Positions 18,428 through 28,592 of a stretch of 64,000 nt of DNA are shown here, one piece after another (the stretch's first letter is position 1; each line of letters begins with the position of its first letter). Source of the stretch: Nitrosopumilus sp. (GTDB taxonomy: Archaea > Thermoproteota > Nitrososphaeria > Nitrososphaerales > Nitrosopumilaceae). The stretch spans positions 1,568,001-1,632,000 of the forward strand of contig OZ242041.1 of NCBI GenBank assembly GCA_965205215.1, written 5' to 3'. The notes under the pieces were generated by a model that searched no databases, was not told where the DNA came from, and worked only from the letters and a program-made list of their open reading frames with translations. The position numbers and the translations under genes were made by a program.

Positions 18428-19483
18428 ATGGGCCTCAAGAGATACGCCGCCACCAGGGTTGCCACCATGTTCGGTGTGCTGATGATAACGCTGCTCATCA
18501 CAATCGCGCTTGTAGGCTCCAATATGGACAGCATACTAAAGCAGGGGATTGCATTCCAAGTGAGAAGCCAGATTACGGAGAACCCGGCCACTGCAGAGAG
18601 GTTCACGTCAGTGGAGGAGTTCGAGTTGTTCGTGCAGGAGCAGATAGAGGCCAGGACGGCCCTGCTAGGGCTTGACGAGCCGTGGTACTCGCCGCAGCGC
18701 ATAGGGATCACAATGTACAAGATAATGCTGCTTGACTTTGGACAGGCCACCTTCATCACAAGCGACTCGGGCTCCTCGGACGTCAGGGAGATAATACTTG
18801 AAAAGCTCCCAAGGACCATACTCCTGTTCACGACGGCCACTGTTGTAATCTCAATCGTGGGCATATTCCTAGGGGCCCTTGCTGGAAGCAGGACGGGCTC
18901 CGCAATAGACAAGCTGACCTCCAGCTTTGCCGTCGTCAGCTCGAGCTTTCCGGTATGGTGGGTGGGGATGATCATGATATTCCTGTTTGCATTCACATAC
19001 CAGGTGTTTCCGGCAAGGGCGACGCCGGAGATCCTGCCAGACGAGCCGGGATACGCCGCGGCCCTGCTGTACCACATGACGCTTCCCCTCATCACCATAG
19101 TGCTGATAGGGTTCGGGGCGTGGGCGTACCTTGTCAGGAACTTTATGGCGGGGATAATGCAGGAGGACTTCATATCGGCAAAGAGGGCCATCGGCATAAG
19201 GCGCAAGAAGATCATATACGCGCACGCCCTGAAGAACGCCGCCCCGCCCATAGTCACCATACTGGCCCTCAGCCTGTCCGGCTCGCTTGGCGGCGCCATC
19301 ATAACGGAGGCGGTGTTTGACTGGCCTGGCATGGGGCGGCTCTACTTTGAGGCCATAACGGTAATGGATCTGCCCGTAATCATAGGGGCCACGTACATGC
19401 TCACGGTGTTCTTTCTTGCCAGCATATTTACCGCAGACATACTGTACGGCTATTTCGATCCCAGGGTGAGGACGTCGAGTTGA
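18428..19483 (+). CDS. Oligopeptide/dipeptide ABC transporter permease (OppB/DppB-like)
   Basis: Multi-TM, EDFISAKRAIG EAA-like loop, TEAVFDWPGMGRLY, DPRVR. Start taken at ATG 18428. Confidence 0.92.
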   Translation: MGLKRYAATRVATMFGVLMITLLITIALVGSNMDSILKQGIAFQVRSQITENPATAERFTSVEEFELFVQEQIEARTALLGLDEPWYSPQRIGITMYKIMLLDFGQATFITSDSGSSDVREIILEKLPRTILLFTTATVVISIVGIFLGALAGSRTGSAIDKLTSSFAVVSSSFPVWWVGMIMIFLFAFTYQVFPARATPEILPDEPGYAAALLYHMTLPLITIVLIGFGAWAYLVRNFMAGIMQEDFISAKRAIGIRRKKIIYAHALKNAAPPIVTILALSLSGSLGGAIITEAVFDWPGMGRLYFEAITVMDLPVIIGATYMLTVFFLASIFTADILYGYFDPRVRTSS

Positions 19484-21084
19484 GCGCGGGTGACAGCGGG
19501 GCGGCGGGGCCTCCGGGAAAGGAGGGGCCGCACGAAAAAAAAGAAGGGGAGGTAGAGTACGCGGCACCTGCGCCGGCCGCGGGGCCGCGGCCGTCTCCTA
19601 CGTCACCGTCACACCCGACGCCGCCGTCGCCGCCGAGGACACCGGATGCGGTAGCTGACGCGGGAGGGTTGCGCGACACGTGGCGCGAGATCTTGTCAAG
19701 CCGCATGGGGGCGGCAGGCGTTGTAATACTCGCGGCCCTGATAATTACATCGGCGGCCACCATAGTTGCCATCCCAGTCGAGACCCTCCAGGAATGGAAC
19801 AATCCAAAGAGCTGGATATCATATCCAAAGGCCGCCGTCCCCGCGTGGACCAACGCCATCCTGCCGCAAAAGATACCCGAACACATGATGTTTGACGACC
19901 CCGCAGTGTCAGAACGCGCCGTGGCCGTGGACGGCGCCGCAGGTGCGATAACTGTCACCGAGCACGAATTCACGGTGGACTACGAGTACGACGACTTTCC
20001 AAGCGACTTCATCTACAGCTTTTCGGCAGGGTATGAGGGATCCCCGCTCCTAGAGGTGTCGGCGGACAGGCCGGACGGGAGCACGATCCTGCTGCTCTCA
20101 AAAGCCCTGCCGCGCCTTGCGGCGGATCGTGGAAGTGAGGGGGGGCTGGCAGACTATAGCGGCGGCCCCGCGACGCATTCGGAGCGCATATTCTCGACGG
20201 ACAGCACGATACGGAAGAACATTGCGATGCAGGCGCCCTCCATATTCAGGCACGACACGTCGGGCGCGTCGGCCGAAGATGTGCTGTTCTCTGACGCCGC
20301 GGACGGCTCCGTGCTGCGGGGCGTGTACACGTTCCGCGTAACCGTGTCTAGTTTGGAGGGGTTCGACATGCTCGAGTCACGGCTCGTGGTAGGCGGCAAG
20401 GCGTTTGGAATAATGGGCACCGACGAGCTGAGGCGCGACCTTGCAATAGGGCTGCTGTGGGGAACGCCGCTTGCCCTGTTCATCGGAATCACGGTGGCCG
20501 TGGCGTCGGTGGTTGCGGGGCTCCTGTACGGGGTCTACGCCGGATACCGCGGCAAGAAGACCGACGAGGCCATGATGAGGTTCAACGACGTGATATACGC
20601 GTTGCCGGCGCTGCCGTTTCTAATCATACTCTCGGTTACGATCAGCAACAGTATACTGCTCATGGTCGGGTTCCTTGCCATGTTCGGATGGGTCGGGGTC
20701 GCAAAGGTGGCGCGCAGCATGTCGCTCCAGATAAAGACCAGGGGATACGTGGACGCGGCCGAGACGATGGGCCAGAGCCGCTCCAAAATAATAACAAGGC
20801 ACATAGTCCCGCAGCTGCTGCCGTACGCGTTTGCAAGCATAGCGATATCGGTTCCGGCCGCCATCACGACGGAGGCGGGCCTGAGCTTCCTGGGGCTGGG
20901 CGACCCGAGCTTCCCCACATGGGGGCAGATACTGCACGATGCAAACACGTTTGGCGCCGCGGCGAGGGGGTTGTGGTGGTGGATGGTGCCGCCTGGCGTC
21001 ATGATAGCGATAACGGGGCTCGCCTTTGTGTTTATAGGAAACGCCCTAGACAGCATAGTAAACCCGCGGCTCAGGCGGCATTAG
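19480..21084 (+). CDS. Oligopeptide/dipeptide ABC transporter permease (OppC/DppC-like) with large extracellular loop
   Basis: MGTDELRRDL, YVDAAETMG, TEAGLSFLGLG, PTWGQIL and WWW motifs. Confidence 0.92.
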   Translation: MSAGDSGAAGPPGKEGPHEKKEGEVEYAAPAPAAGPRPSPTSPSHPTPPSPPRTPDAVADAGGLRDTWREILSSRMGAAGVVILAALIITSAATIVAIPVETLQEWNNPKSWISYPKAAVPAWTNAILPQKIPEHMMFDDPAVSERAVAVDGAAGAITVTEHEFTVDYEYDDFPSDFIYSFSAGYEGSPLLEVSADRPDGSTILLLSKALPRLAADRGSEGGLADYSGGPATHSERIFSTDSTIRKNIAMQAPSIFRHDTSGASAEDVLFSDAADGSVLRGVYTFRVTVSSLEGFDMLESRLVVGGKAFGIMGTDELRRDLAIGLLWGTPLALFIGITVAVASVVAGLLYGVYAGYRGKKTDEAMMRFNDVIYALPALPFLIILSVTISNSILLMVGFLAMFGWVGVAKVARSMSLQIKTRGYVDAAETMGQSRSKIITRHIVPQLLPYAFASIAISVPAAITTEAGLSFLGLGDPSFPTWGQILHDANTFGAAARGLWWWMVPPGVMIAITGLAFVFIGNALDSIVNPRLRRH

Positions 21085-21091
21085 CGCCGGA

Positions 21092-21409
21092 TCAGCAGTT
21101 GCGATACGCGCGTATGGCAGAGATTGCGGAGCTGCTGAGTCGTATCGTATAGTTCCCAGAGTTGGGATCCGAGTCCTTTGACTGGGCAAGGGTCTCGACA
21201 AACTGCGTCTTCTTCTCGTCGACTGCCCCCGCCTCATGGGCGCACAGGTTGAACGCCTTGAGGTTGAGTCCCTTCTCCAGCAGGTACGCGATGAATTTCT
21301 TGTACCCCTCGGGGTCGTCCCATTCCTCTCCGCGCTCCCCACATGCAGCTATCCAGACGTCGACTGAATTATGAAACGCCACCTTTTGGCGCAGGTCGTC
21401 AAGGGACAT
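21092..21409 (-). CDS. Conserved hypothetical protein
   Basis: MSLDDLRQKVAFHNSVDVW..., translationally coupled to the upstream gene. Confidence 0.7.
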   Translation of the reverse strand: MSLDDLRQKVAFHNSVDVWIAACGERGEEWDDPEGYKKFIAYLLEKGLNLKAFNLCAHEAGAVDEKKTQFVETLAQSKDSDPNSGNYTIRLSSSAISAIRAYRNC

Positions 21410-21747
21410 CAGAAATCGGCTCGCTGCATCTTGGAGCCGCACCGGGGGCAGGATCCTCCCTTGTGCTTGTTGTTGCACACGAGGCAGACATACCTCACGC
21501 CGCCGGAGCCACCCTGTGAGCCCAGTCCAAAGAATCCGCCGGCGCGGCTTCCCGTACCGGACGGGCCGCCCCCGCCGTAGCCCCCGCGCATACGGTTGAG
21601 ATACTGCCTCCGGAGCAGCAGCGGAAACGCGATGAACAGGCCGATGGCCGCCACAAGCCCGTACGGAAACGGAAGCACCATCTGCAGCCCTATGCTGACA
21701 CCCAGCGACACGAACAGGAATATCAGGTACGTCTTATAGTTGAACAC
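21409..21747 (-). CDS. Small membrane protein with C-terminal zinc ribbon
   Basis: Two TM helices, Gly-rich linker, CLVC...CPRCGS. Confidence 0.8.
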   Translation of the reverse strand: MFNYKTYLIFLFVSLGVSIGLQMVLPFPYGLVAAIGLFIAFPLLLRRQYLNRMRGGYGGGGPSGTGSRAGGFFGLGSQGGSGGVRYVCLVCNNKHKGGSCPRCGSKMQRADF

Positions 21748-21978
21748 AGATGTGACACGTCCAAAAAAGGTTATAAAGTTTTGTCAAACCCCGGCGGCAC
21801 CCAATCCCATACGCCATGCCCGAAATGTACCCATTTAACGAAGCCCTCTGGACTGCAAGAGTGACACCGCAAACACGGCGCGCGACGGCCGAGTCACGGC
21901 TTTGCCAACGGTGCGCAGAGGGGTTGCTGCCGAACATGCAAGGGCGTCGCGTATCGGCCCCGGCAGTTGTGAGGCACG

Positions 21979-22275
21979 TCATTCGGCGGTGGGCGCGTCC
22001 GACTCGTCGGGGATGTTCTTGGACTCCTCGGCCCAATTCGGATCGACTGAATCCCAGAGTGAGCTGAGCGCCGCAGGATCAAGCTTGGTCTCGCCCAGTA
22101 CCCTGTTTCGCACCGCAAAGAAAAAGTTCACCATGGCGTCAAGTCCCCCGTCGGAATGGATCTCGCGCCCAATCTCAGTTATGCGCAACTTTTGCGCGGC
22201 GGCATCCGCAGAATCCGGCGCCTGCAGGCACGACGTAAACAGATCCACAAGTTCCTCCTCAAGCATAAAGTCCAA
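21979..22275 (-). CDS. Conserved hypothetical protein
   Basis: 98-aa ORF (IGREIHSDGGLDAM). Confidence 0.65.
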   Translation of the reverse strand: MDFMLEEELVDLFTSCLQAPDSADAAAQKLRITEIGREIHSDGGLDAMVNFFFAVRNRVLGETKLDPAALSSLWDSVDPNWAEESKNIPDESDAPTAE

Positions 22276-22467
22276 ACAAGTGTCGTACCATAGGTTTACT
22301 TTTTAGCGTTGCGGATTGGCCCAAGAACCGGATCCCGCGAGAGGCCACGCGTGCAGTCCGTCACGGGGGCCGCGACAGGGCCAGGATCAGGACAGTGCAC
22401 GGGCACATGCATGCCCGCCTCGTAGGCGCTGCAGGAGGGCGCAGGGGGCCGGGGCCAAAGTACGCAG

Positions 22468-22869
22468 TTACGGCCCTACCTCAAGTGGGATTTGCTTTCC
22501 ACCGCTGTCCCATGCAAACACCGACTTGTCCTCGTACGGAAAGCCCACAATCACGGAGACAAGCCCAAAAAAGTTGTGCAGGTCGGTCACGGACGGCGTG
22601 GCAGGCCCGCTTGGATGCGAGTGGACCATGCCTATATAGCTCATGTCAAACGGCAGAAAGGAGTGCGGAAACCCCGCAAACGTGGGCCCCGAGTGGCTGA
22701 ACGGAGGAATTACAAGTCCGTCCACTGTGATCACGCCGTTTTTTGACTTGCCCTTTAGTATCAGGACGCCCTCGTTTGGGTGCTTCATCTGGCAGTACGA
22801 CAGTATGCTGTCGAGTACCTCGCGGTGCAGCACCACGCGTCGCTCGTATTTCGTCCTCTTGAAGAACAT
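22468..22869 (-). CDS. JAMM/MPN+ (Mov34) metalloprotease
   Basis: HPNE...HSHPSG...PSVTD JAMM motif. Confidence 0.9.
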   Translation of the reverse strand: MFFKRTKYERRVVLHREVLDSILSYCQMKHPNEGVLILKGKSKNGVITVDGLVIPPFSHSGPTFAGFPHSFLPFDMSYIGMVHSHPSGPATPSVTDLHNFFGLVSVIVGFPYEDKSVFAWDSGGKQIPLEVGP

Positions 22870-23232
22870 GCAGGCAGTAGACGGTGCGCGTTTAAGAGTA
22901 TGGCGCTACAAGGATACATGCATATGGTTTGGAGCGGCACCACGAGCACGCCGTGCGCGACAACGCCGGGCCAAAATGGCGTCCCGCCGCCAATCACGCC
23001 GGCGCGGACGGAAGGCCACAGAACACCCCCAGAATCGAGGATATGGCAACCGTTGAGGAGTCACCAACGGCAGACGCAACATCCGCAGGCTTTCTGAGCA
23101 AGGCGAATCAATACGCGTGCAGCAAGCATCAGGCACCCTGCACACCTGCACCTCGGCGTTTGCAAGTGCGCGCCATGTCAGATTCATCAGGCCTTTTCAC
23201 CGTCAAACGCGCAGATTTCCAGCAGACAGGCA

Positions 23233-24612
23233 TCATGTGGGGGGGTCTATGCGCGGCGGATCGATCTCATACCTGACCCCGGTGTGCTGGCGGAGCCGCA
23301 TCTGGAGGTCGGCAGACATATCCAGGATGGCAGAGCCGTCGTCCTTGATCTGGGCCCGGAGGGCCTCCATCCTATGTCCCGTATCCTTGTGCTGCGAGGC
23401 GGCTTTTGACAGTTTGGCCTCGCATTCATCAAGGTCGGCCGGCTTTGCAGCGCGGGCCTTGCTTTCAAGATCCCCCCGGCGCCCGTCGCATTCGGCCACC
23501 CTGTCGGCAAGGGGCCCTACCATGTCGGCCGTCTCCGCGAGCATGGCAATCGTCTTTTCCACGTCCTTGGCCGAGATGGAGCCCGTTGCCACCGCGCGCC
23601 TTACGTTTGAGAATATTACGGATATGGTCTCCACGTTCTCAGGGTGCACGGTGCCGGCGGGGTCGGCCACAAGTCCGGCAAGTACTTTCTGCTGCGCCTT
23701 GTCAAGCGAGGAGCCGTACTCGTACCTGCCAAGCGGCCGGGATATCTTCGAGAACTGGGCGCCTATCTCGGCGCGTATCTGCGACATTTGGGCGTCGCAT
23801 TCTTCAGCGTCAGACAGCAGTCTCAGGTATTCGGCATGTTCCTTGGACGACTTTATCTTGGTGAGCTCTGATCTCGACTTAGAGACGCGTGACTCAAGCA
23901 GCTCAAACTCAGCAGACATGTCGCGTACCCTCTGTGTTTTCTTGCGCAGATCGTCGCGGCGCCTGGCCAGCCCGTCTGCAATCGCGACGATCTCGCCGGA
24001 TTCTGAGTCGGCCTCGCTGTGCCGGTCCAGGATGGCCCGCATCTCCGAGTGCCGGGAGTTCATCACCTCTAGGTTGCTCTTGAGTTGGTTTGCGTGTTTT
24101 TTTGCAAACAGGTGTATGACGCGCGTCTGCCGGCCAAGCACATCCCCCATCTTTTTCAAGAGCTGCCGGAGTTCGGACTCGGCCTTTGCGGCGCTCTCAA
24201 TCGAGGCCACCGCGGGAAGGGGGGCCACGCTGCGCCGTATCACGTCGATGACCTGCTTTTTTCCGCGCACCACTATAATGGCAAGGTGCCTGTCAATGGA
24301 GTCCACGTTGAGGTCGTCGTGCTCAAGGGCCCGTCCCATTCCCATGAGTTCCTCAACCATGGGCTCTACAGAGTCGCGTATGTCCCTGATCTCGGATACG
24401 GCCCGTTTTTGCCTGCGCCGACCATACTCGGATACAATCTCGGAGACCTTGTCAGGCGGAATGCGTAAGTCAGGAGCGTCGCCGCGGTTGTCGCTGCCGC
24501 CGCCGGCGGCGGCGTCATGGCCGAGGCCGTGCGGTTCGTTGCGCGGGGCTCGGCTGCCGTCGCGGGGGCGTCCGTCGTCCTTCTTTCTCTTTCTTCCAAA
24601 CCCGAATACCAT
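23233..24612 (-). CDS. Thaumarchaeal coiled-coil hypothetical protein
   Basis: Likely start MVFGFGRK at 24612. The upstream part of ORF 23233..25443 is antisense to tnpB. Long heptad-rich helices. Confidence 0.75.
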   Translation of the reverse strand: MVFGFGRKRKKDDGRPRDGSRAPRNEPHGLGHDAAAGGGSDNRGDAPDLRIPPDKVSEIVSEYGRRRQKRAVSEIRDIRDSVEPMVEELMGMGRALEHDDLNVDSIDRHLAIIVVRGKKQVIDVIRRSVAPLPAVASIESAAKAESELRQLLKKMGDVLGRQTRVIHLFAKKHANQLKSNLEVMNSRHSEMRAILDRHSEADSESGEIVAIADGLARRRDDLRKKTQRVRDMSAEFELLESRVSKSRSELTKIKSSKEHAEYLRLLSDAEECDAQMSQIRAEIGAQFSKISRPLGRYEYGSSLDKAQQKVLAGLVADPAGTVHPENVETISVIFSNVRRAVATGSISAKDVEKTIAMLAETADMVGPLADRVAECDGRRGDLESKARAAKPADLDECEAKLSKAASQHKDTGHRMEALRAQIKDDGSAILDMSADLQMRLRQHTGVRYEIDPPRIDPPT

Positions 24613-24689
24613 GTATGCCTCTGAGACACACATGATTAAAAATTGTCGCCAAGGGTTCCACTTCCAATCCATGATATGTCCGGACTGAT

Positions 24690-26157
24690 GCTCCGGCCAA
24701 TGGACAGGGCGCAGCCGGCAGCCATACGGCGGCGCGCCTGTCACGTTATAAACAAGGCATAATAACATGATCACCTTGCGTGTTACGTGTTGCATGCATA
24801 CCGCAAGTACCGGGTCGCCATATCGCTGGCGGCCGACCAGGTGCGCCTCATCGACTCGTACCGCGCTGCCCAGCGCCACGCGTACAACTGGTCCGTCGGG
24901 AGGATCATGTCGGGCGGTGCCGTAAGCGAGTACGGGCTGTACAAGGAGCTGACGGCCAGGCGCCGGGAACATGAGTGGATGCGCGCCGCTCCCGCGTGGA
25001 TACAGCGTGCGGGCATCCAAGACGCATGCACCGCGCACAAACTGGCAGCGAGGTCCGGCGGCGGCCTCAGGCACCGCACGAGGAAACGGCATTCCGCAAT
25101 CTCCGTGAGGTGCGCGCTCGCGCCGCGCACAGTCGACAGGCACGGCATCATGCTGCCGTCGTTTGGAACTGTCCGCGCGGCCGTACCCAACGAGGTCATG
25201 GAGCACGAACCAAGATCGTACGAGTTCACCAGGACGCGGAGCGGCCGGTACGTGCTGTACGTGTCGTGCCGCGTCGGGATGCCGCCGCAGCGGAGCGTGC
25301 CCGCGGACGCGACGGTCAAGGGGGTTGACCGCGGCGTCGCGGAGCCCACGGTGGTCGTGACCATGGACCGCGGGGGAAGTGCAGTCGCAAAGGACTCCTA
25401 CGGCACGGCCGCGCCGTTCAGGGACGGCCGCGCGGAATACCAAGAAATGCAGTCAAGGATGTCCAAGATGAACAGGCACTCCAACAGGTTCAGGAGGCTG
25501 CACGCGCGGCTCCGCAGGCGCCTGCAGAAGACCAGAAGCCGCCGCCAGTACGCGGAGTGCATCGCGGCCAAGCACGTGTGCGACGACCACGCACCCGGCG
25601 TGATCGTGCTCGAGGACCTCAAGGTATCAAGCATGACCCGCAGGGGGCGCGGCTCCCACAAGAGGGGGCTCAACCGCGAGATGCGCTTCGTGCGGCACCG
25701 CGCCGTCGAGCAGCGCATACGAAACCGCGCCGAGCTCGCGGGCATACAGATCATCACGGTCGACCCCAGGTACACGTCGCAGGAGTGCGCGAGGTGCGGG
25801 CACGTCGACAAGTCCTCGAGGGTGACGAGGGACATGTTCAGGTGCACCAAGTGCAGTTACGTTCAACAGGCCGACGTCAACGCGGCCATGGTAATCGGGG
25901 GATACGGCCTGCCGCCCACAGACCCCGGTGACACGACGAGAAAATGGCAGGCCACGGGGGCAGGAACGGCCCTCGTAAGACGCGAACTGGACGCGCGCCT
26001 CAACTGCTTCTCAGAGGCGGTCGGGGGCCCCGCGAGGGGGCACGAGAGCCAAGTGCCGGCGCGTTCCCTTTCCCGCAGCGGAATGAAGAAAGAACGTCAG
26101 AGTGCAGGCGTGGTGTTTGGCCGGGCTGCCGATTACGGCATGCCCAGCTAATATCAC
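24690..26157 (+). mobile_element. IS200/IS605-type solo tnpB element (IS1341-like); ends approximate
   Basis: tnpB with no tnpA. Hairpin gggctgccgattacggcatgccc (26123-26145) followed by TCAC (26154-26157). Related gccatacggc at 24721 and CTGAT at 24685-24689. Confidence 0.6.
24787..26151 (+). CDS. tnpB: RNA-guided endonuclease TnpB
   Basis: RuvC-I GVDRG, RuvC-II VLEDL, PRYTSQECARCG...FRCTKC zinc finger, RuvC-III ADVNAA. Confidence 0.92.
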   Translation: MLHAYRKYRVAISLAADQVRLIDSYRAAQRHAYNWSVGRIMSGGAVSEYGLYKELTARRREHEWMRAAPAWIQRAGIQDACTAHKLAARSGGGLRHRTRKRHSAISVRCALAPRTVDRHGIMLPSFGTVRAAVPNEVMEHEPRSYEFTRTRSGRYVLYVSCRVGMPPQRSVPADATVKGVDRGVAEPTVVVTMDRGGSAVAKDSYGTAAPFRDGRAEYQEMQSRMSKMNRHSNRFRRLHARLRRRLQKTRSRRQYAECIAAKHVCDDHAPGVIVLEDLKVSSMTRRGRGSHKRGLNREMRFVRHRAVEQRIRNRAELAGIQIITVDPRYTSQECARCGHVDKSSRVTRDMFRCTKCSYVQQADVNAAMVIGGYGLPPTDPGDTTRKWQATGAGTALVRRELDARLNCFSEAVGGPARGHESQVPARSLSRSGMKKERQSAGVVFGRAADYGMPS

Positions 26158-26175
26158 GGACTGGAAGCAGTTCCT
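25900..26175 (+). ncRNA. Putative omegaRNA/reRNA overlapping the tnpB 3' end (boundaries inferred)
   Basis: Position follows the established TnpB architecture; GC hairpins are present. Not folded computationally. Confidence 0.4.
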
Positions 26176-26217
26176 CGCCAAGCAAGGCATATAACCGGAC
26201 GGGTGACATTCACGCAA

Positions 26218-26709
26218 ATGCGGGGTTCCAAGACCCTCATAACGGCGGGCAGCGGCGCACACCACAGCGCCACCCTCAAGAGGAGGTCACCAAGGATAAG
26301 GGCAACCCCCCAAAAGGCATGGAGGATACTGGGAGACATCGCATCCATGCCGCGGTGGGCTCCGGGTGTCAGCAGGGTCACCATCACGTCAGGCTCCAAG
26401 AGGGGCGTGGGTGCGGTCAGGAACGTGGCGTTTGAGGACGGAAAAACCATAGAGGAGCACATAGTGTCATGGAGCGCCGGCAGGAGCTTCACGTACGTTG
26501 CGACGGACGGGCTCCCCCTGCGCGCGTACGTGGCCACAGTCGCCATCAGCTCAAACGAGAGGGACGGCACCATAACCATAACTTGGCAGTCATACATGAA
26601 CAGCGTCAGGATGCCAGAGGCGGAGTTCGCCCGGCTGCTGGACGACATGGGCAGGTTTTATGATGGATCCCTTGCCAACCTTGCGGAGATGCTCCAAGGC
26701 CGCAAGTGA
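26218..26709 (+). CDS. SRPBCC (polyketide cyclase/START-like) family protein
   Basis: AWRILGDIASMPRWAPGV...GVGAVRNV...EEHIVSW motifs. Confidence 0.85.
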   Translation: MRGSKTLITAGSGAHHSATLKRRSPRIRATPQKAWRILGDIASMPRWAPGVSRVTITSGSKRGVGAVRNVAFEDGKTIEEHIVSWSAGRSFTYVATDGLPLRAYVATVAISSNERDGTITITWQSYMNSVRMPEAEFARLLDDMGRFYDGSLANLAEMLQGRK

Positions 26710-26759
26710 CGCCCGGCGCAACTAGGCTAAATATGGCGTGTCGCATACAGGCTGTGGCG

Positions 26760-27194
26760 ATGGGCGACATCAGGTTTTCCATGATCGGCATAGGGCTGAT
26801 CTTTGCGGGGTTTGTCGTACTCGGCATATTTGGTGGGAACTACCAGTCGGCCTCCATCGAGTCGGAGGAATTTGGCACGTGCTACAGGTACTCTGAGGAC
26901 ATGGAGCCGGTCAGCGTGAGCTGCGCCGAGGCAATGGCCGAACAGGCCGGATTCCTCGGGGGGATAACGGCCCTTATCGCGGCAGGAGTTGCAGCCTTGG
27001 TAAAGGGCGTGAGGGGCGACTGGGACAGCAGGGTCAGGCCGGAAGACATGGTAGGCCCGAGCGGCGGAGGGGGCGGTGCGGCAGGGCACCATGAGGACAA
27101 AGACGGGGACAGAGGCTCCGGGAAAGAGAACGTCGGAGCGGGGGATGCCGGCGACAACGACGGAAAGAGACACGATGACGGCACCCGGGATTAG
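26760..27194 (+). CDS. Conserved membrane protein with Gly/Asp-rich tail
   Basis: Two TM helices, KGVRGDWDSRVRPEDMVGP. Confidence 0.75.
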   Translation: MGDIRFSMIGIGLIFAGFVVLGIFGGNYQSASIESEEFGTCYRYSEDMEPVSVSCAEAMAEQAGFLGGITALIAAGVAALVKGVRGDWDSRVRPEDMVGPSGGGGGAAGHHEDKDGDRGSGKENVGAGDAGDNDGKRHDDGTRD

Positions 27195-27252
27195 ACGGAT
27201 GAGGGCTCCGGCTACGCGTCACCGGCCATAACATGCATGTGGAACTCCTGCG

Positions 27253-27316
27253 GCCGTCATCATCATCATCGTCATCATCGCCATCGCCATCGCCATCGCC
27301 ATCATCATCGTCACCA
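27253..27316. repeat. (CAT/CGC)n low-complexity microsatellite
   Basis: catcatcatc...ccatcgccatcgccatcgcc between convergent genes. Confidence 0.8.
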
Positions 27317-27343
27317 TTAACAACAATGCAATAATGGTGCGCG

Positions 27344-27577
27344 TCAGGCGTCTTTTTCAATAAGCGTGGTGGTGGAGCGCACCTTTGGCAGGTTCTTTAT
27401 GCTCCATGCCACGATTTCGCGTATCTTTTCAAAATTCTCCGCCTCCAGCTTGACCAGCATGTCGTGGGCCCCCATCGTCTCAGACACGTGCGACACGTTC
27501 TCCAGCTCGCGGAGTTTTTCCACAAGTTCGGCCTCGGCTCCAAGATCGCAGTTGAGCATGACGTACGCAACAGTCAT
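27344..27577 (-). CDS. Lrp/AsnC ligand-binding-domain protein
   Basis: AYVMLNC...GAHDMLVKL...VRSTTTLI. Confidence 0.9.
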   Translation of the reverse strand: MTVAYVMLNCDLGAEAELVEKLRELENVSHVSETMGAHDMLVKLEAENFEKIREIVAWSIKNLPKVRSTTTLIEKDA

Positions 27578-27773
27578 GTCAGTACGACGGCCGATGGGCG
27601 TTTAAATATTTGGCAGCATCTCGTGTACAGGCCTGCCTTTTGGAATGACTCTCCCCGCACGGCTTCCTGTGGGCGCGGTCAAATCCGGCCGCCGATAGTA
27701 CCGCGCCCTCGATCCTTTGCCAATCACGGGCGTTACGCTCGACGTCGGATCCACGCGACGGCGGCAGGGGCCG

Positions 27774-27959
27774 TCATTCCGCCTCAAAGGACTCACAGCC
27801 AGAGTTGCACGGCTTGTTCATCACGCCCTCACAATACCCACCGGCGTCGTGCATTATGCGGTGGTGGCCGCACTCCCTGCACCGCTCCCTAAAGTGCGAG
27901 ATAAGCTCGGGCAGCCCTATGCCAGAGTCCCGGATTTTAGACTCAGTCGGCATGCCCAT
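27774..27959 (-). CDS. Small Cys/His-rich protein
   Basis: CRECGHHRIMH...C...C...C. Confidence 0.65.
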   Translation of the reverse strand: MGMPTESKIRDSGIGLPELISHFRERCRECGHHRIMHDAGGYCEGVMNKPCNSGCESFEAE

Positions 27960-28106
27960 GGCCCGTGGCCGCGCGGGCATTCTTTAAAGATTTCCGGTCG
28001 CCCGGGCCAATCGGCGCGGCGCCCGCAGGTAGCCGGACCGCGCCAGATGCGAACGCAGCAAGGTATATTGCCGTCCAAAGGCTGGCAGGCGCAGGTATCA
28101 GGCCGC

Positions 28107-28592
28107 ATGGACAACAGCAAGAATAGCCGCAAAAAGATCATCTATCTTGCAAACCCGTACGGGTTCTCCAAGCAACAGAAAGCGGGCCCGCTGCAAGAGA
28201 TAGTCGGCGCCTTGAGGGGCATGAATCTGGAGGTATGGGAGCCGTTTGAGCGCAACAACCAAACAGACATGTCCAAGGACGGGGCCCCGTATACGGTCGG
28301 ACAGGCCGACATGCGAGACGTCAGGAATTCTGACGGCATATTTGCAATAGTCAACGGCACGCCGCCTGACGAGGGCGTCATGGTGGAACTCGGAATGGCA
28401 ATTGCGTGGGGCAAGAGGGTTTTCCTGTTCAGAGACGACTTTAGAAGGTGCACCGACAGCGCCGCCTACCCGCTCAACCTCATGCTGTTCACAGGGCTCG
28501 GATACGACGACTGGACCGACAGCTACTATACAAGCGTGGACGAGATAGGTAGTCCGGACAAGGCCCTAGCAAGATGGGCCTCGGGGAAATAA
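28107..28592 (+). CDS. Nucleoside 2-deoxyribosyltransferase family protein
   Basis: IYLANPYGF...DEGVMVELGMAIAWGK...NLML. Confidence 0.88.
   Translation: MDNSKNSRKKIIYLANPYGFSKQQKAGPLQEIVGALRGMNLEVWEPFERNNQTDMSKDGAPYTVGQADMRDVRNSDGIFAIVNGTPPDEGVMVELGMAIAWGKRVFLFRDDFRRCTDSAAYPLNLMLFTGLGYDDWTDSYYTSVDEIGSPDKALARWASGK

Noticed and set aside
24613-25443. N-terminal part of the 736-aa minus ORF 23233..25443
   Set aside because: Antisense shadow of tnpB. The credible start is MVFGFGRK at 24612.
24681-26163. 7-bp direct repeat CGGACTG flanking the tnpB element as a TSD
   Set aside because: IS200/IS605 elements do not make TSDs, and a 7-mer match is plausible by chance in GC-rich DNA.
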